Of a stretch of 64,000 bases of DNA, positions 17,891 through 27,135 are shown piece after piece. The translations under genes were made by a program, and so were the position numbers. The notes beneath the pieces were generated by a model. The model worked only from the letters and a program-made list of their open reading frames with translations, had not been told where the DNA came from and searched no databases. The stretch is from Vulcanimicrobiota bacterium (GTDB lineage Bacteria; Vulcanimicrobiota; Vulcanimicrobiia; Vulcanimicrobiales; Vulcanimicrobiaceae). The stretch is from the NCBI GenBank assembly GCA_963786105.1, contig CAWAXX010000017.1, positions 128,001 to 192,000 of the forward strand. Direction: 5' to 3'. Position 1 is the first letter of the stretch, and the number at the start of each line of letters is the position of its first letter.

Positions 17891-18852
17891 ATGAAAGCGC
17901 TGCCATTGTTCGTAGCGGCGCTGCTTCCCCTCGGCGCAATCGCGCAAAGCTCGCAGCCGGGAGCGCCGGCGTCACCCGTGCCGGTAGCCTCACCGGCGGC
18001 CACGCCGGCGGCGGCCGAGTTCGATATCAGCAAACTGACGCCCGAGTAGCAGGCGGCCCTTCAGCAAGCCATCATTAAGATCTCGCAGAACCCGGTGGGC
18101 AATATCGCGATCGTCCCGTTTCAGAATAACTTTAACTACGGCGTGGGACCGTACACGCGGTACCAATACAACTTGAACGTTCAACCGGTCGTGCCGTTCA
18201 TGCTCAGCAAGAATATGAATCTGGTTGCGCGTACCATCATTCCGCTCATCGACAATCCGTCGTTCGCGCCGCCGCAGGTTTGTGCGTCGACCGGTTGCCC
18301 GTGGACGTTCGGCTTGGGCGACATCCAAGAGCAACTCTATTTTGCTCCGAAAGTAAAGCCCGGCGCGCTGATTTGGGGAGCGGGTCCAATATTTCAGTTT
18401 CCAAGCGCATCGCCGAGCACGCTCGGCGCGGGAAAGTGGGCGGTGGGACCGGCTTTTGCCGGGTTGATCATGCCGGGTCATATCGTCGCCGGCATGCTCG
18501 TCACGCAACTCTGGTCCTTTGCCGGTCAGGCGAATCGTCCCAACGTCAACGCCGCGCTCTTTCAGCCGTTCTTCAACTATAATTTGAAAGGCGGCTGGGC
18601 CATTTCGACCGCACCGATCGTCACGGCGAACTGGACCGCGTCGCAGAATAAGTGGGGGCGGTTCCTCTTGGCGGCGGAGTCGCCCGGACGTTTAAGGTCG
18701 GCGATCAGCTGATGCAGCTAAGCGCGTTATACTACACGTACGTAACGCGTCCGATTACCAATCCTCAAACGAACTTGAAAGTCGTATGGAGTCTGTTGTA
18801 TCCGATAAAGCGCGGCATCGACATACAGGAGCTCGTCAAGCAGAACCAGTAG
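17891..18852 (+). pseudogene. Disrupted putative outer-membrane beta-barrel protein gene
   Basis: Signal peptide from ATG 17891; in-frame TAG at 18047-18049; QNPV..PFQNN, LNVQPVVPF, GLGD, QPFFNY; frameshift at the G5 run 18654-18658, after which AVPLGGGV.. continues to TAG 18852. Confidence 0.8.
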
Positions 18853-18869
18853 CCGATCCACCAGTCCGA

Positions 18870-20144
18870 TCACCCATCCACATAAGAAATTGGCGCCGGC
18901 TCTGGAATCTGCAGGACGACGTCGTCGCTGCGCGTGGTGACGCGCCAGGCTAGAACGAACGCGCCGGCATACATGAGTGCGGCGAGATACCAGGGCGCTC
19001 CCGGAAGTCCGAACGATCGCCACGGACCGATGAATTGCGCGAAGACGACCGTGAAGAGACCCGGGCCGACGAGCATCGAAATGCCGCGAATCGAGCCAAG
19101 GGCTCCTTGAAGCTCGCCTTGTTCCGACGCGCTGACGTGGCGCGTCATCAACGCCTGCGAGGTGGCATTGTACATCGGCAGGCACACGATCACGAGGGCG
19201 ATCAGGAAGACGATTCCATTGGCTGCGCCCATCAGCGCGCAGCCGACGGTCGCCAGCACGAGGCTTGCCAGCAGAACGCGGCGCTCGCCGAACTTCGCGA
19301 CCACCGGACCGACCATGGTCGCTTGATTGACGGCGGTGAGAACGCCCATCAACGTCAACGTCAAGCCGACGCTGCCGGTGCTCCAGCCGAACACGGCGAT
19401 GCAAAAGATGACCCACACGTTGGGGAAAACCTCGTGCGCGACGTAGCTGACGAAGTTCATCCACGTCAGACCCCATAGCTCGTGGTGCGAACGCAGGAGC
19501 TTTAGCGAACCAATTGGATTTGCGCGCTTCCACTCTAGACGTGCCGTCCGCTTGTCCGGCGAGAGCGACTCGGGCAAGACGAAGATGCCGTACAGCGTAT
19601 TGATCAAGCTGCAAAGCGCCGCCGCCCAGAACGTCAACCGCGGATCGATATTGCCGACGAGCCCGCCGATTGCCGGGCCGAGAATGAAGCCCAATCCGAA
19701 CGCGCTGCCGAGTACGCCGAAGGCCTTCGCGCGCTTTTCGGGCGGCGTCACGTCGGCAATGTAGGCACTGGCCGCAGTCATGTTCGCCGTCGCGATGCCG
19801 GAAAGCACCCGGCCGGCGAATAGCCACATCAAGTTCGGTGCCAACGCCATGATGACGTAGTCGATCGCGGTCACGGCGTTCGAAAGAAGAATGACCGGCC
19901 GCCGTCCGACGCGATCGGAGATCATGCCCAACAGCGGCGACATAAAGAACTGCATTGCCGCCCACACGGTCGCAAAGATGCCGATCGTGAGCGCGGCGTT
20001 GGCCATATTTCCGCCGACGAAGCTCGCGATGAGTTTCGGCAGCACCGGTCCGATCATGCCGAAGGTCAGCATGTCGAGCATGACCGTGACGAAAATAAAC
20101 GACGTCGCCGCGGTTCGGCGCGACGAGAAATCAAGCGGTTTCAT
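18870..20144 (-). CDS. TetA-like (TCR/Tet, DHA1) MFS efflux pump
   Basis: SDRVGRRPVIL; AYIADVTPPEKRAKAFG; FGLGFILGPAIGG; LPESL; EQGELQG. Confidence 0.9.
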   Translation of the reverse strand: MKPLDFSSRRTAATSFIFVTVMLDMLTFGMIGPVLPKLIASFVGGNMANAALTIGIFATVWAAMQFFMSPLLGMISDRVGRRPVILLSNAVTAIDYVIMALAPNLMWLFAGRVLSGIATANMTAASAYIADVTPPEKRAKAFGVLGSAFGLGFILGPAIGGLVGNIDPRLTFWAAALCSLINTLYGIFVLPESLSPDKRTARLEWKRANPIGSLKLLRSHHELWGLTWMNFVSYVAHEVFPNVWVIFCIAVFGWSTGSVGLTLTLMGVLTAVNQATMVGPVVAKFGERRVLLASLVLATVGCALMGAANGIVFLIALVIVCLPMYNATSQALMTRHVSASEQGELQGALGSIRGISMLVGPGLFTVVFAQFIGPWRSFGLPGAPWYLAALMYAGAFVLAWRVTTRSDDVVLQIPEPAPISYVDG

Positions 20145-20733
20145 CGGCGGGTTCTTTCGTGGACGAAGCGTAGTCGAGCATCGAGAGCCAGAGATCGACC
20201 GCACGGTCGATGCGCGCGCGATCGTGGGTCGCGCACAGGTCGAGCAGAAATCCGCGGAAGCCGGCGATCATCACGGTTGCAAAAGCACGCGCGTCGTCGT
20301 GAGAGAAGCCCGGGCGGCGACAGCACGTTTCGAGTGCCGCCAGCCAGTCGTCGACGGCGCCGTCGAGGAATCCGGGAAAGCGCGAGCGATCTTGCAGCGC
20401 GAGGCCGTAGACTTCGAAGAAGAGCCGCATGAGCGGTTCCCAGCGCGGCTCGCTGAACTGCCGCCAGAGTATTCGGGTGACCTCGCGGGGGCTCAGCGAA
20501 GATGTGAGCTTGAGGTTGGCCATCGTCGCGCGTTGGCGTTCCCTCCCGCGCCGGATGATCTCGACCACGAGCGCTTCCTTCGAGCCGAAGTAGTACAGCA
20601 GAAGCCGAGGACTCGCACCGGTGGCCTTAGCCAGCGGCCGCAGCGAAAGCTGGGCCAGACCCTGCGCGAGGACGTAGTCTACGGCCCGGTCGAGCAAGCT
20701 GATCCGCCGAGCATCGTCGGCAGTCCGAGACAT
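20131..20733 (-). CDS. TetR/AcrR family transcriptional regulator
   Basis: GLAQLSLRPLAKATGASPRLLLYYFGSKEAL helix-turn-helix. Confidence 0.92.
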   Translation of the reverse strand: MSRTADDARRISLLDRAVDYVLAQGLAQLSLRPLAKATGASPRLLLYYFGSKEALVVEIIRRGRERQRATMANLKLTSSLSPREVTRILWRQFSEPRWEPLMRLFFEVYGLALQDRSRFPGFLDGAVDDWLAALETCCRRPGFSHDDARAFATVMIAGFRGFLLDLCATHDRARIDRAVDLWLSMLDYASSTKEPADETA

Positions 20734-20744
20734 GCGCCTAGCCT

Positions 20745-20776
20745 AGCATACTTGAAACGACTGTTTCAAGTATGCT
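20745..20776. promoter_or_regulatory. Perfect 14-bp-arm palindrome, probable TetR operator
   Basis: AGCATACTTGAAAC-GACT-GTTTCAAGTATGCT between the divergent tetR and DUF1697 genes, abutting the predicted tetR -10 (TAGGCT, 20740-20745 minus). Confidence 0.8.
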
Positions 20777-20805
20777 GCCGGACGCTTTTGGCGAATACAG
20801 GACCG

Positions 20806-21348
20806 GTGATCTACGTGGCGTTTCTCCGCGCCGTGAACGTGGGCGGAATCTCGGTGGCGATGGGCGATCTGCGGGCGTTGATGGCTGAAGTCGGGTTCCC
20901 AGACACGCGCACGCTGCTCCAGAGCGGCAACGTCATTTTCAAAGCCTCGCGGCGCGCGATCCGGCAACTGGAGCCGGCGATAGAATCAGCGTGCGCGGAC
21001 CGTCTCGGCTTGCGAACGACCGTAATGGTGCGCAGCGCCGGCGACCTTGCCGAAATCGTGTCTGGCAATCCGTTTCCGAGCGAGGCCGTGCACGATCCCG
21101 CGCATCTGCTTGCCGTCCTATTGAAGGAAGCTCCCGAGACGGCGAGCGTCCGCACCTTATCGGACGCGATCGCGGGGCGTGAACGCGTCGCCCTGCGAGG
21201 TCGTACCCTATACGCCGTATATCCCGACGGCGTCGGACGCTCAAAACTGACGGCCGCCCTGATCGATCGAACGCTCGCGACGAAGGGCACCGCGCGCAAC
21301 TGGAATACCATTTCGAAACTCGAGGCGGCCTGCCGCGCTATGGCTTGA
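20806..21348 (+). CDS. DUF1697 family protein
   Basis: YVAFLRAVNVGG; TLLQSGNV; NPF; TARNWNT. Confidence 0.9.
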   Translation: MIYVAFLRAVNVGGISVAMGDLRALMAEVGFPDTRTLLQSGNVIFKASRRAIRQLEPAIESACADRLGLRTTVMVRSAGDLAEIVSGNPFPSEAVHDPAHLLAVLLKEAPETASVRTLSDAIAGRERVALRGRTLYAVYPDGVGRSKLTAALIDRTLATKGTARNWNTISKLEAACRAMA

Positions 21349-21358
21349 CATCTGTCAG
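21345..21358. promoter_or_regulatory. Distal TGACA-N2-TGTCA palindrome (candidate operator)
   Basis: TTGACA-TC-TGTCAG; same core as the site at 21458-21473. Confidence 0.55.
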
Positions 21359-21457
21359 CCGAACGTACTTGAATCCCGATCCGTTGATGCCGCCAGCGCA
21401 ATGAGGCAGTAATTCGATGGCTGTGGGCACTTACTGAGCGCGGTTGTGGCATTTCGT

Positions 21458-21487
21458 CTTGACATTTGTCAAGGTGCGACCTACGCT
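21458..21487 (+). promoter_or_regulatory. Sigma70 promoter of HTH-ribBA with a palindromic operator over the -35 box
   Basis: TTGACA (21459-64), 17 nt, TACGCT (21482-87), 6 nt, GTG 21494; palindrome CTTGACA-TT-TGTCAAG at 21458-21473. Confidence 0.7.
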
Positions 21488-21493
21488 CGGACG

Positions 21494-22906
21494 GTGGAAA
21501 CCTTCGCCGTTCGTCTCGAGACCGCCATGGACGCGGCTAGTCTCTCGGCCGCCGAGTTGGCGGCCAGTGCCGGACTGACGGAATCGGCCATCTCGTTGCT
21601 GCGCTCCGGCCGGCGCGAGCCGTCGTATCGAACGCTGCAGCGACTTGCGCAAGTGTTACCCGGTCTTGGTGCGCAGGTCGGCGAAGCACTGAGTCCGTTC
21701 GATTCGATTGAAGGCGCCATCGAAGACGTACGCGCGGGCAAAATGGTGGTCGTCCTCGACGACGAGGATCGCGAGAACGAAGGCGACCTGGTCATGGCGG
21801 CGCAGACCGTCACCGCCGACGCGATCAACTTCATGCGCAAGGAAGCCGGGGGCCTAATCTGCGTGCCATTGCCGGGCCGCCGGCTCGACGAGCTGCAGAT
21901 TCCGCAGATGGTGAGCGATAACACAGCGGTACACGAAACGGCCTTCACCGTTTCGGTGGAAGCGCGCGGGCTGACGACCACGGGCATTTCCGCGCACGAT
22001 CGGGCTGCAACCATCAAGAAACTGCTCGATCCCGATGCGCGACCGTCGGATTTTTTGCGTCCCGGGCATACGTTTCCATTACGCGCGCGGGATGGCGGCG
22101 TGCTGGTGCGCGCCGGCCAGACCGAGGCGTCCGTAGATCTCGCTCGGCTAGCGGGGCTCTATCCGGCCGGGGTGATTTGCGAAATCATGGCCGCCGACGG
22201 GACCATGGAGCGCTTCGACGGATTGCGAGCCTACGCCGATCGCCACGGGCTAAAACTCATTACCGTCAAGGATTTGATTGCGTATCGTATGCGCAACGAG
22301 AAGCTGGTGAAGCGAGTTGCCGAATTTGACTTACCGACGACGAAGGGTAACTGGAGAGGAGCCGCTTACGAGACGACGATCGACGCGAACACGCACGTCG
22401 CGCTGGTAATGGGCGAGATCGGCGACGGCAAGGACCTCCCGGTGCGAGTGCATTCCGAGTGTCTCACCGGCGACGCGCTTCACTCTATTCGCTGCGATTG
22501 CGCGGCGCAACGCGACGGCGCGATGGAACTGATTGCGAAAGAAGGGCGCGGCGTCTTCCTCTATCTCCGTCAGGAAGGCCGCGGAATCGGGTTGGCCAAC
22601 AAGTTGCGCGCGTACGAGCTCCAAGACCGCGGCGCCGATACGGTTGAGGCGAACGTCGCACTCGGGCTTCCGGTGGATAAGCGCGATTACGGAATCGGCT
22701 CGCAAATCTTGGTGGATCTCGGCGTGCGCGAGATGCGGTTGATCACGAACAATCCTCGCAAAATCTTCGGGCTCGAGGGCTACGGCCTGAAGATCGTCGG
22801 GCGCATGCCGATGCAAACCACGCCGACGCGCTACAACCGGCACTATATGGACACCAAGCGTGCCAAGCTCGGCCATATGTTCGACGATTCGGAGGCGGTA
22901 TCGTGA
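21494..22906 (+). CDS. ribBA: XRE-type HTH fused to bifunctional DHBP synthase/GTP cyclohydrolase II
   Basis: N-terminal LSAAELAASAGLTESAISLLRSGRREPSYRTLQRLA; then DDEDRENEGD, FTVSVEA, RPGH.FPL, RVHSECLTGD, RCDC, QEGRGIGL, LITNNPRK. Confidence 0.95.
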   Translation: METFAVRLETAMDAASLSAAELAASAGLTESAISLLRSGRREPSYRTLQRLAQVLPGLGAQVGEALSPFDSIEGAIEDVRAGKMVVVLDDEDRENEGDLVMAAQTVTADAINFMRKEAGGLICVPLPGRRLDELQIPQMVSDNTAVHETAFTVSVEARGLTTTGISAHDRAATIKKLLDPDARPSDFLRPGHTFPLRARDGGVLVRAGQTEASVDLARLAGLYPAGVICEIMAADGTMERFDGLRAYADRHGLKLITVKDLIAYRMRNEKLVKRVAEFDLPTTKGNWRGAAYETTIDANTHVALVMGEIGDGKDLPVRVHSECLTGDALHSIRCDCAAQRDGAMELIAKEGRGVFLYLRQEGRGIGLANKLRAYELQDRGADTVEANVALGLPVDKRDYGIGSQILVDLGVREMRLITNNPRKIFGLEGYGLKIVGRMPMQTTPTRYNRHYMDTKRAKLGHMFDDSEAVS

Positions 22907-23406
22907 AGAAGGGCGGCAACGGCCAGACCGGCCGGGACGAAAGGACGCCCGACTGCGCGGGCAGGCGTTTTGCACTCGTCGTCGCGCGATTTTATCCCGA
23001 GCTGGCCGACCAGCTCGTCGATGGTGCGAAACGCGCTTTGCGCGATTGCGGCGTTGCCGAGGGCGACATCGACGTATTCGACGTTCCCGGCTGCTTCGAG
23101 CTTCCGCTGGCCTGCCAAAACGTATTCGATACAGGACGCTACCACGGACTGGTCGCACTCGGCTCGGTCGTGCGCGGTGAAACCCCGCATTTCCATTTCG
23201 TCGCCGGAGAGTGCGCGCGCGGCCTCATGGACGTGCAGCTGGCGACAGGCGCGCCGATCGGCTTCGGCGTGCTGACCACGGACACATTCGCCCAAGCGGA
23301 AGAGCGCGCCGATCCCGAGCGCGGCGACAAGGGATACCATGCGGCCATCGCCGCCGCCACGCTGTTGCGGCTCGCGGCCAACGCGCCGCGAGCCGGGTTT
23401 CGCTGA
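22903..23406 (+). CDS. ribH: 6,7-dimethyl-8-ribityllumazine synthase
   Basis: [33 protein letters not shown]. Confidence 0.93.
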   Translation: MKKGGNGQTGRDERTPDCAGRRFALVVARFYPELADQLVDGAKRALRDCGVAEGDIDVFDVPGCFELPLACQNVFDTGRYHGLVALGSVVRGETPHFHFVAGECARGLMDVQLATGAPIGFGVLTTDTFAQAEERADPERGDKGYHAAIAAATLLRLAANAPRAGFR

Positions 23407-23407
23407 C

Positions 23408-24892
23408 GTGCGGGTATCACCGGGCGTAGTAAGAGCGGTCTGGATTGCGCTCGTTCTCTCACCGCTCGTCGTCAGCTGCCGCGGCGCCGGTCCGACGCCC
23501 GGCGTGGTGCCGCCGGCTGCGTTGGCGAACGCGCCGCGAGAGCAATCGTTTCGCGCCGTGCCTGCTTCAGGTTTCGGAAACGGAAAGATCAAACACGTCG
23601 TGATCGTGATGCAAGAGAACCGGTCGTTCGACAATCTCTTTAATGGATTTCCGGGAGCCGATACCGTGGACTACGGCTACGGTCACGGCAAGAAGTACGT
23701 CCTGAAGACCTTCAGCCTCGCCAATGGTTGGGACATCAATCATACGCACCTCCAGTTCTTGGAAGATTACGACGGCGGCAAAAACGACGGATTCGACCGG
23801 GAGATTAACGGATTCAAGCCGTCGTGCCCGTTTCCGAGGAATCATCCGTCCTGCTGGCAGTTCTGGGGACCACCGCATCTGTCGACGGCGTTTTCTTTCG
23901 TTCCACGCTCCGAGATCGGACCGTATTGGACGATGGCGGCGCAGTACGCGTTGAGCGATCGCACCTTCGCGTCGAACAACGGTCCGAGCTACACCTCGCA
24001 CCAGTACATGATTGCCGGGCAGGCGGCTCACGTTAATGAAAATCCGTTCTTCCCCACGCCGACGCCGCCACCGCCGAACCCATGGGGATGCGACGCGCCG
24101 TCCAGCCAGACGACGTACCTGCTGCGATACGGCTCGTCTAAGCCACCGGCGTTTTCGAAGCAGACCGGAATAGAAGTGCTCGGTCCGTACCCGTGCTTCA
24201 CCTACGAAACGATTGCCGGCCGACTCGACAAGGCCGGGATTACGTGGGCATACTACGCGCCGACCGTCGGCGGGATCAACCAAGGACAAATCTGGTCGGC
24301 GTTCGACGCGATCTGGCAGGTGCGCTTCGGGAAGGACTGGGTGCGGAACGTGAAATCGCCCGAAACGACGATTTTCAACGATATCGCGCAAAGGAATTTG
24401 CCCGCGGTGTCGTGGGTCGTGCCGTCCTGGATCAACTCCGACCACGCCGGCTCGCTCAGCGCGACCGGACCGGATTGGGTGGGCTCGATCGTCAACGCCA
24501 TCGGCGAAAGCCCGTATTGGAACTCGACCGCAATCGTGGTGATGTGGGACGACTGGGGAGGATGGTACGACCACGTCGCGCCCCCGCAGTATCCCGACCC
24601 GCACACGCACGCGTTCGAAGGGCTGGGGTTCCGCGTTCCCGCAATCGTCATTTCACCCTACGCCAAAGCCGGTTACGTGTCGCACGCTCAACATGAAATT
24701 GCCGGCTCGCTCCATTTGATCGAAGCGGTATTCGGACTGCATTCGCTGGGCGGTGCCGATACGCGTGCCGATGCGTTCGGGGACATGTTCGATTTCTCGC
24801 AGGCCCCGATACCGTTCCGCAAGATTCCAACACGATTTCACGCGAGCGACTTCGTCCGACAAACTCCCTCGAGGGAGCCTCCGGACGACTAA
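23408..24892 (+). CDS. Phospholipase C/phosphoesterase family lipoprotein
   Basis: [53 protein letters not shown]; start approximate. Confidence 0.88.
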   Translation: MRVSPGVVRAVWIALVLSPLVVSCRGAGPTPGVVPPAALANAPREQSFRAVPASGFGNGKIKHVVIVMQENRSFDNLFNGFPGADTVDYGYGHGKKYVLKTFSLANGWDINHTHLQFLEDYDGGKNDGFDREINGFKPSCPFPRNHPSCWQFWGPPHLSTAFSFVPRSEIGPYWTMAAQYALSDRTFASNNGPSYTSHQYMIAGQAAHVNENPFFPTPTPPPPNPWGCDAPSSQTTYLLRYGSSKPPAFSKQTGIEVLGPYPCFTYETIAGRLDKAGITWAYYAPTVGGINQGQIWSAFDAIWQVRFGKDWVRNVKSPETTIFNDIAQRNLPAVSWVVPSWINSDHAGSLSATGPDWVGSIVNAIGESPYWNSTAIVVMWDDWGGWYDHVAPPQYPDPHTHAFEGLGFRVPAIVISPYAKAGYVSHAQHEIAGSLHLIEAVFGLHSLGGADTRADAFGDMFDFSQAPIPFRKIPTRFHASDFVRQTPSREPPDD

Positions 24893-25005
24893 CGGAGGGG
24901 ACGAAGATGACGGCGGCGCCCCAGCAGGCAGCCGGAGGAACTCCCCAACGCGGGTCGCATTAAGGCCGCTTAGCCTTGAGGCTGCACGCGTTGGAGATTC
25001 GACCA

Positions 25006-25299
25006 TTGGAAGACAAGATGCTCACCTGCAAGGACTGCACCACGCAGTTCGTCTTCTCGGCGAGAGAGCAACAGTTTTTTGCCGAAAAGGGATTTCAGAA
25101 TCAGCCGCTGCGCTGCCGCGATTGCCGGCAGGCTCGGCGCACTCAGGGCGGCGGCGACCCGCAGCGACCCGGCCGGCCGAGCTACGAGGCCGTGTGCGCG
25201 GCGTGCGGAGTCGAAACGACGGTGCCGTTCCGTCCGCGGGGCGACCGGCCCGTGTATTGCCGTACGTGCTTTTCAGCGCAGGTTCCGGCAGGGGTGTGA
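25006..25299 (+). CDS. Small zinc-ribbon protein (CxxC..CxxC plus CxxC-x17-CxxC domain)
   Basis: LTCKDC..F.FSAREQQFFAEKGF.NQP.RCRDCR; CAACG...VPFRP..DRPVYCRTCF; TTG start after GGAG. Confidence 0.85.
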   Translation: MEDKMLTCKDCTTQFVFSAREQQFFAEKGFQNQPLRCRDCRQARRTQGGGDPQRPGRPSYEAVCAACGVETTVPFRPRGDRPVYCRTCFSAQVPAGV

Positions 25300-25345
25300 A
25301 CCCGCGAGCCTCGCGCGAACTCTTTTGTAACCCAGCGCGTCCGCG

Positions 25346-26131
25346 ATGACGGACCTCATTTATCAGTCGAACCCGTGGGTGTTTCCCGCACTGGTATTCG
25401 TCTCGCTGGCGGCGGCGATCGAGTTGCCGTACCGTTTGGGGCGTCCGTTTGCTACGAAATTGACGAAGCAGTTCGATGCGTTCAACTCGATACAAGCCGG
25501 CCTCTTCACCCTCGCCTCTTTCGTCTTGGGGCTCTCGTTCGCGCAAGCGTCGGCGCGTTTCGATACCCGTCGCGACCTGGTCGTCAAAGAAGCCAACGTC
25601 ATCGGAACGACGTGGCTGCGCGCCGATCAACTCGACCCCGTGCGGGCGAGGCGGTTTCGCCGAATACTTACCGACTATACCGCTGCCAGGCTGAAGGCCT
25701 ACTCGACACCCCACGACCAAGCTCTCCATGCTAGGACGCTCCTCCAGAGCAGCGAAGATCAAGACGCGGTGTGGGCGATTGCTTCGTCGGCACTTCACGC
25801 CAACCAAAGCAAGATCGGGTTATCGCTGCTGATGCAGACGCTCAACGATACGATCGACGTTTCCGCCGAACAGCTCCAGGCGCTCACCACCCACGTTCCG
25901 ACGATCGTGGTCGAACTTACGGTGGCTTTAGTGTTGCTCGGAGCGTTGTCGCTCGGACTTCGCTTCGCGATCGACGGAGCTCGGCCGATGTTCTTGAGCG
26001 CGATTTACGTCGTCGCCTACGTATTCGTCATCGGCATGATGGTCGACTACGACCGTCCACAAACGGGTTTCGTTACGGTGAATCTGAATCCGCTGACGTT
26101 GCAGCTTCAAACGATGCAGCGCGAGGAGTGA
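25346..26131 (+). CDS. Membrane protein, DUF4239/bestrophin-like
   Basis: LGLSF..A.RF..RR.LVVKEANVIGT.WLRA; DYDRP..G; four hydrophobic segments. Confidence 0.7.
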   Translation: MTDLIYQSNPWVFPALVFVSLAAAIELPYRLGRPFATKLTKQFDAFNSIQAGLFTLASFVLGLSFAQASARFDTRRDLVVKEANVIGTTWLRADQLDPVRARRFRRILTDYTAARLKAYSTPHDQALHARTLLQSSEDQDAVWAIASSALHANQSKIGLSLLMQTLNDTIDVSAEQLQALTTHVPTIVVELTVALVLLGALSLGLRFAIDGARPMFLSAIYVVAYVFVIGMMVDYDRPQTGFVTVNLNPLTLQLQTMQREE

Positions 26132-27135
26132 ATCCGCTCGAGGTCGTCGCCTGGGACGGCGATGCGATCGTGTATCTCGATCAGCGCCTGTTGCCGCACG
26201 AAGTGCGCTACGAACGGGCGCGCTCGGTCGAGGAGATCGAAAGCGCAATCGCCAGCTTAGCGGTGCGTGGCGCGCCGTGCATCGGCGTTTTCGGCGCGTA
26301 CGGCGTGGCATTGCTGCGGCAGTCGATTGCCGACGATGGGGCTTTCGAGCGCGCGGCCCAACGCGTGCGCGCCGCTCGGCCGACGGCCGTAAACCTCGCC
26401 TGGGCGGTCGACCGAGTGCTGGCCGCCGGCGACATGTTGGCCGAAGCGCAAGCGATCGCCGCGGAGCAAGTCCGCATCGACGCGGCGATCGCCGAGCACG
26501 GCCTCGATCTCATCGCGAAGGACGCCCGGATCATCACGCACTGCAATACCGGGCCGCTGGCGACCGCCGGCGGCGGAACGGCGCTCGGCGTCATCCTTGC
26601 CGCGCACCGGAGCGGCAAAAGCCCGCGCGTCTTCGTTGATGAGACGCGACCGCTGTTACAGGGCGCGCGGCTGAGCTACCTCGAGTTGCAGAATGCCGGG
26701 GTGGACGCGGTGCTTCAAAGCGACGCGGCCGCCGCTATCGCGATGCAGCGGCAAGGAATCGACCTGGCGATCGTCGGCGCCGACCGCATCGCGCGAAACG
26801 GCGACACCGCCAACAAGGTTGGTACGTACGGTCTGGCGATTCTGGCGGCGCACCACGGTATACCGTTCTACGTTGCGGCGCCGCGTTCGACGTTCGATTT
26901 CACGCTGAAAAGCGGTGAAGAGATTCCTATAGAGGAGCGCGCCGCTCGAGAGGTCACCGAGTTCGCCGGAAGGCGCGTCGCACCCGAAGGTGCGGTGGCG
27001 TATAATCCGGCGTTCGACGTGACGCCCGCGCATCTGATTACGGCCTTCGTCACCGAATTCGGCGTCGTGCGGCCGCCTTACGGCGAATCGATTTCCGACC
27101 TCGAGTTTCGTGAAATTCTACGACTTTCTCGATAA
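26128..27135 (+). CDS. mtnA: Methylthioribose-1-phosphate isomerase
   Basis: LDQRLLP; VRGAP; RPTAVNL; THCNTG.LAT; DETRPLLQGARL; GADRI..NGDTANKVGTY; NPAFDVTP. Confidence 0.95.
   Translation: MNPLEVVAWDGDAIVYLDQRLLPHEVRYERARSVEEIESAIASLAVRGAPCIGVFGAYGVALLRQSIADDGAFERAAQRVRAARPTAVNLAWAVDRVLAAGDMLAEAQAIAAEQVRIDAAIAEHGLDLIAKDARIITHCNTGPLATAGGGTALGVILAAHRSGKSPRVFVDETRPLLQGARLSYLELQNAGVDAVLQSDAAAAIAMQRQGIDLAIVGADRIARNGDTANKVGTYGLAILAAHHGIPFYVAAPRSTFDFTLKSGEEIPIEERAAREVTEFAGRRVAPEGAVAYNPAFDVTPAHLITAFVTEFGVVRPPYGESISDLEFREILRLSR

Noticed and set aside
18047..18049. Pyrrolysine or programmed read-through at the in-frame TAG
   Set aside because: No pyl genes in view, the context suggests CAG to TAG, and a second lesion exists downstream
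19891..20805. Long N-terminal extension on the DUF1697 ORF, and similar extensions on GH125, mtnA, trpC, purM and the GAF protein
   Set aside because: The extensions overlap real genes on another frame or strand; family motifs begin at the downstream starts used here
21349..21493. FMN riboswitch upstream of ribBA
   Set aside because: Only a weak AATCCCGA resemblance; the conserved RFN blocks are not recognisable, and the predicted promoter lies immediately before the start codon
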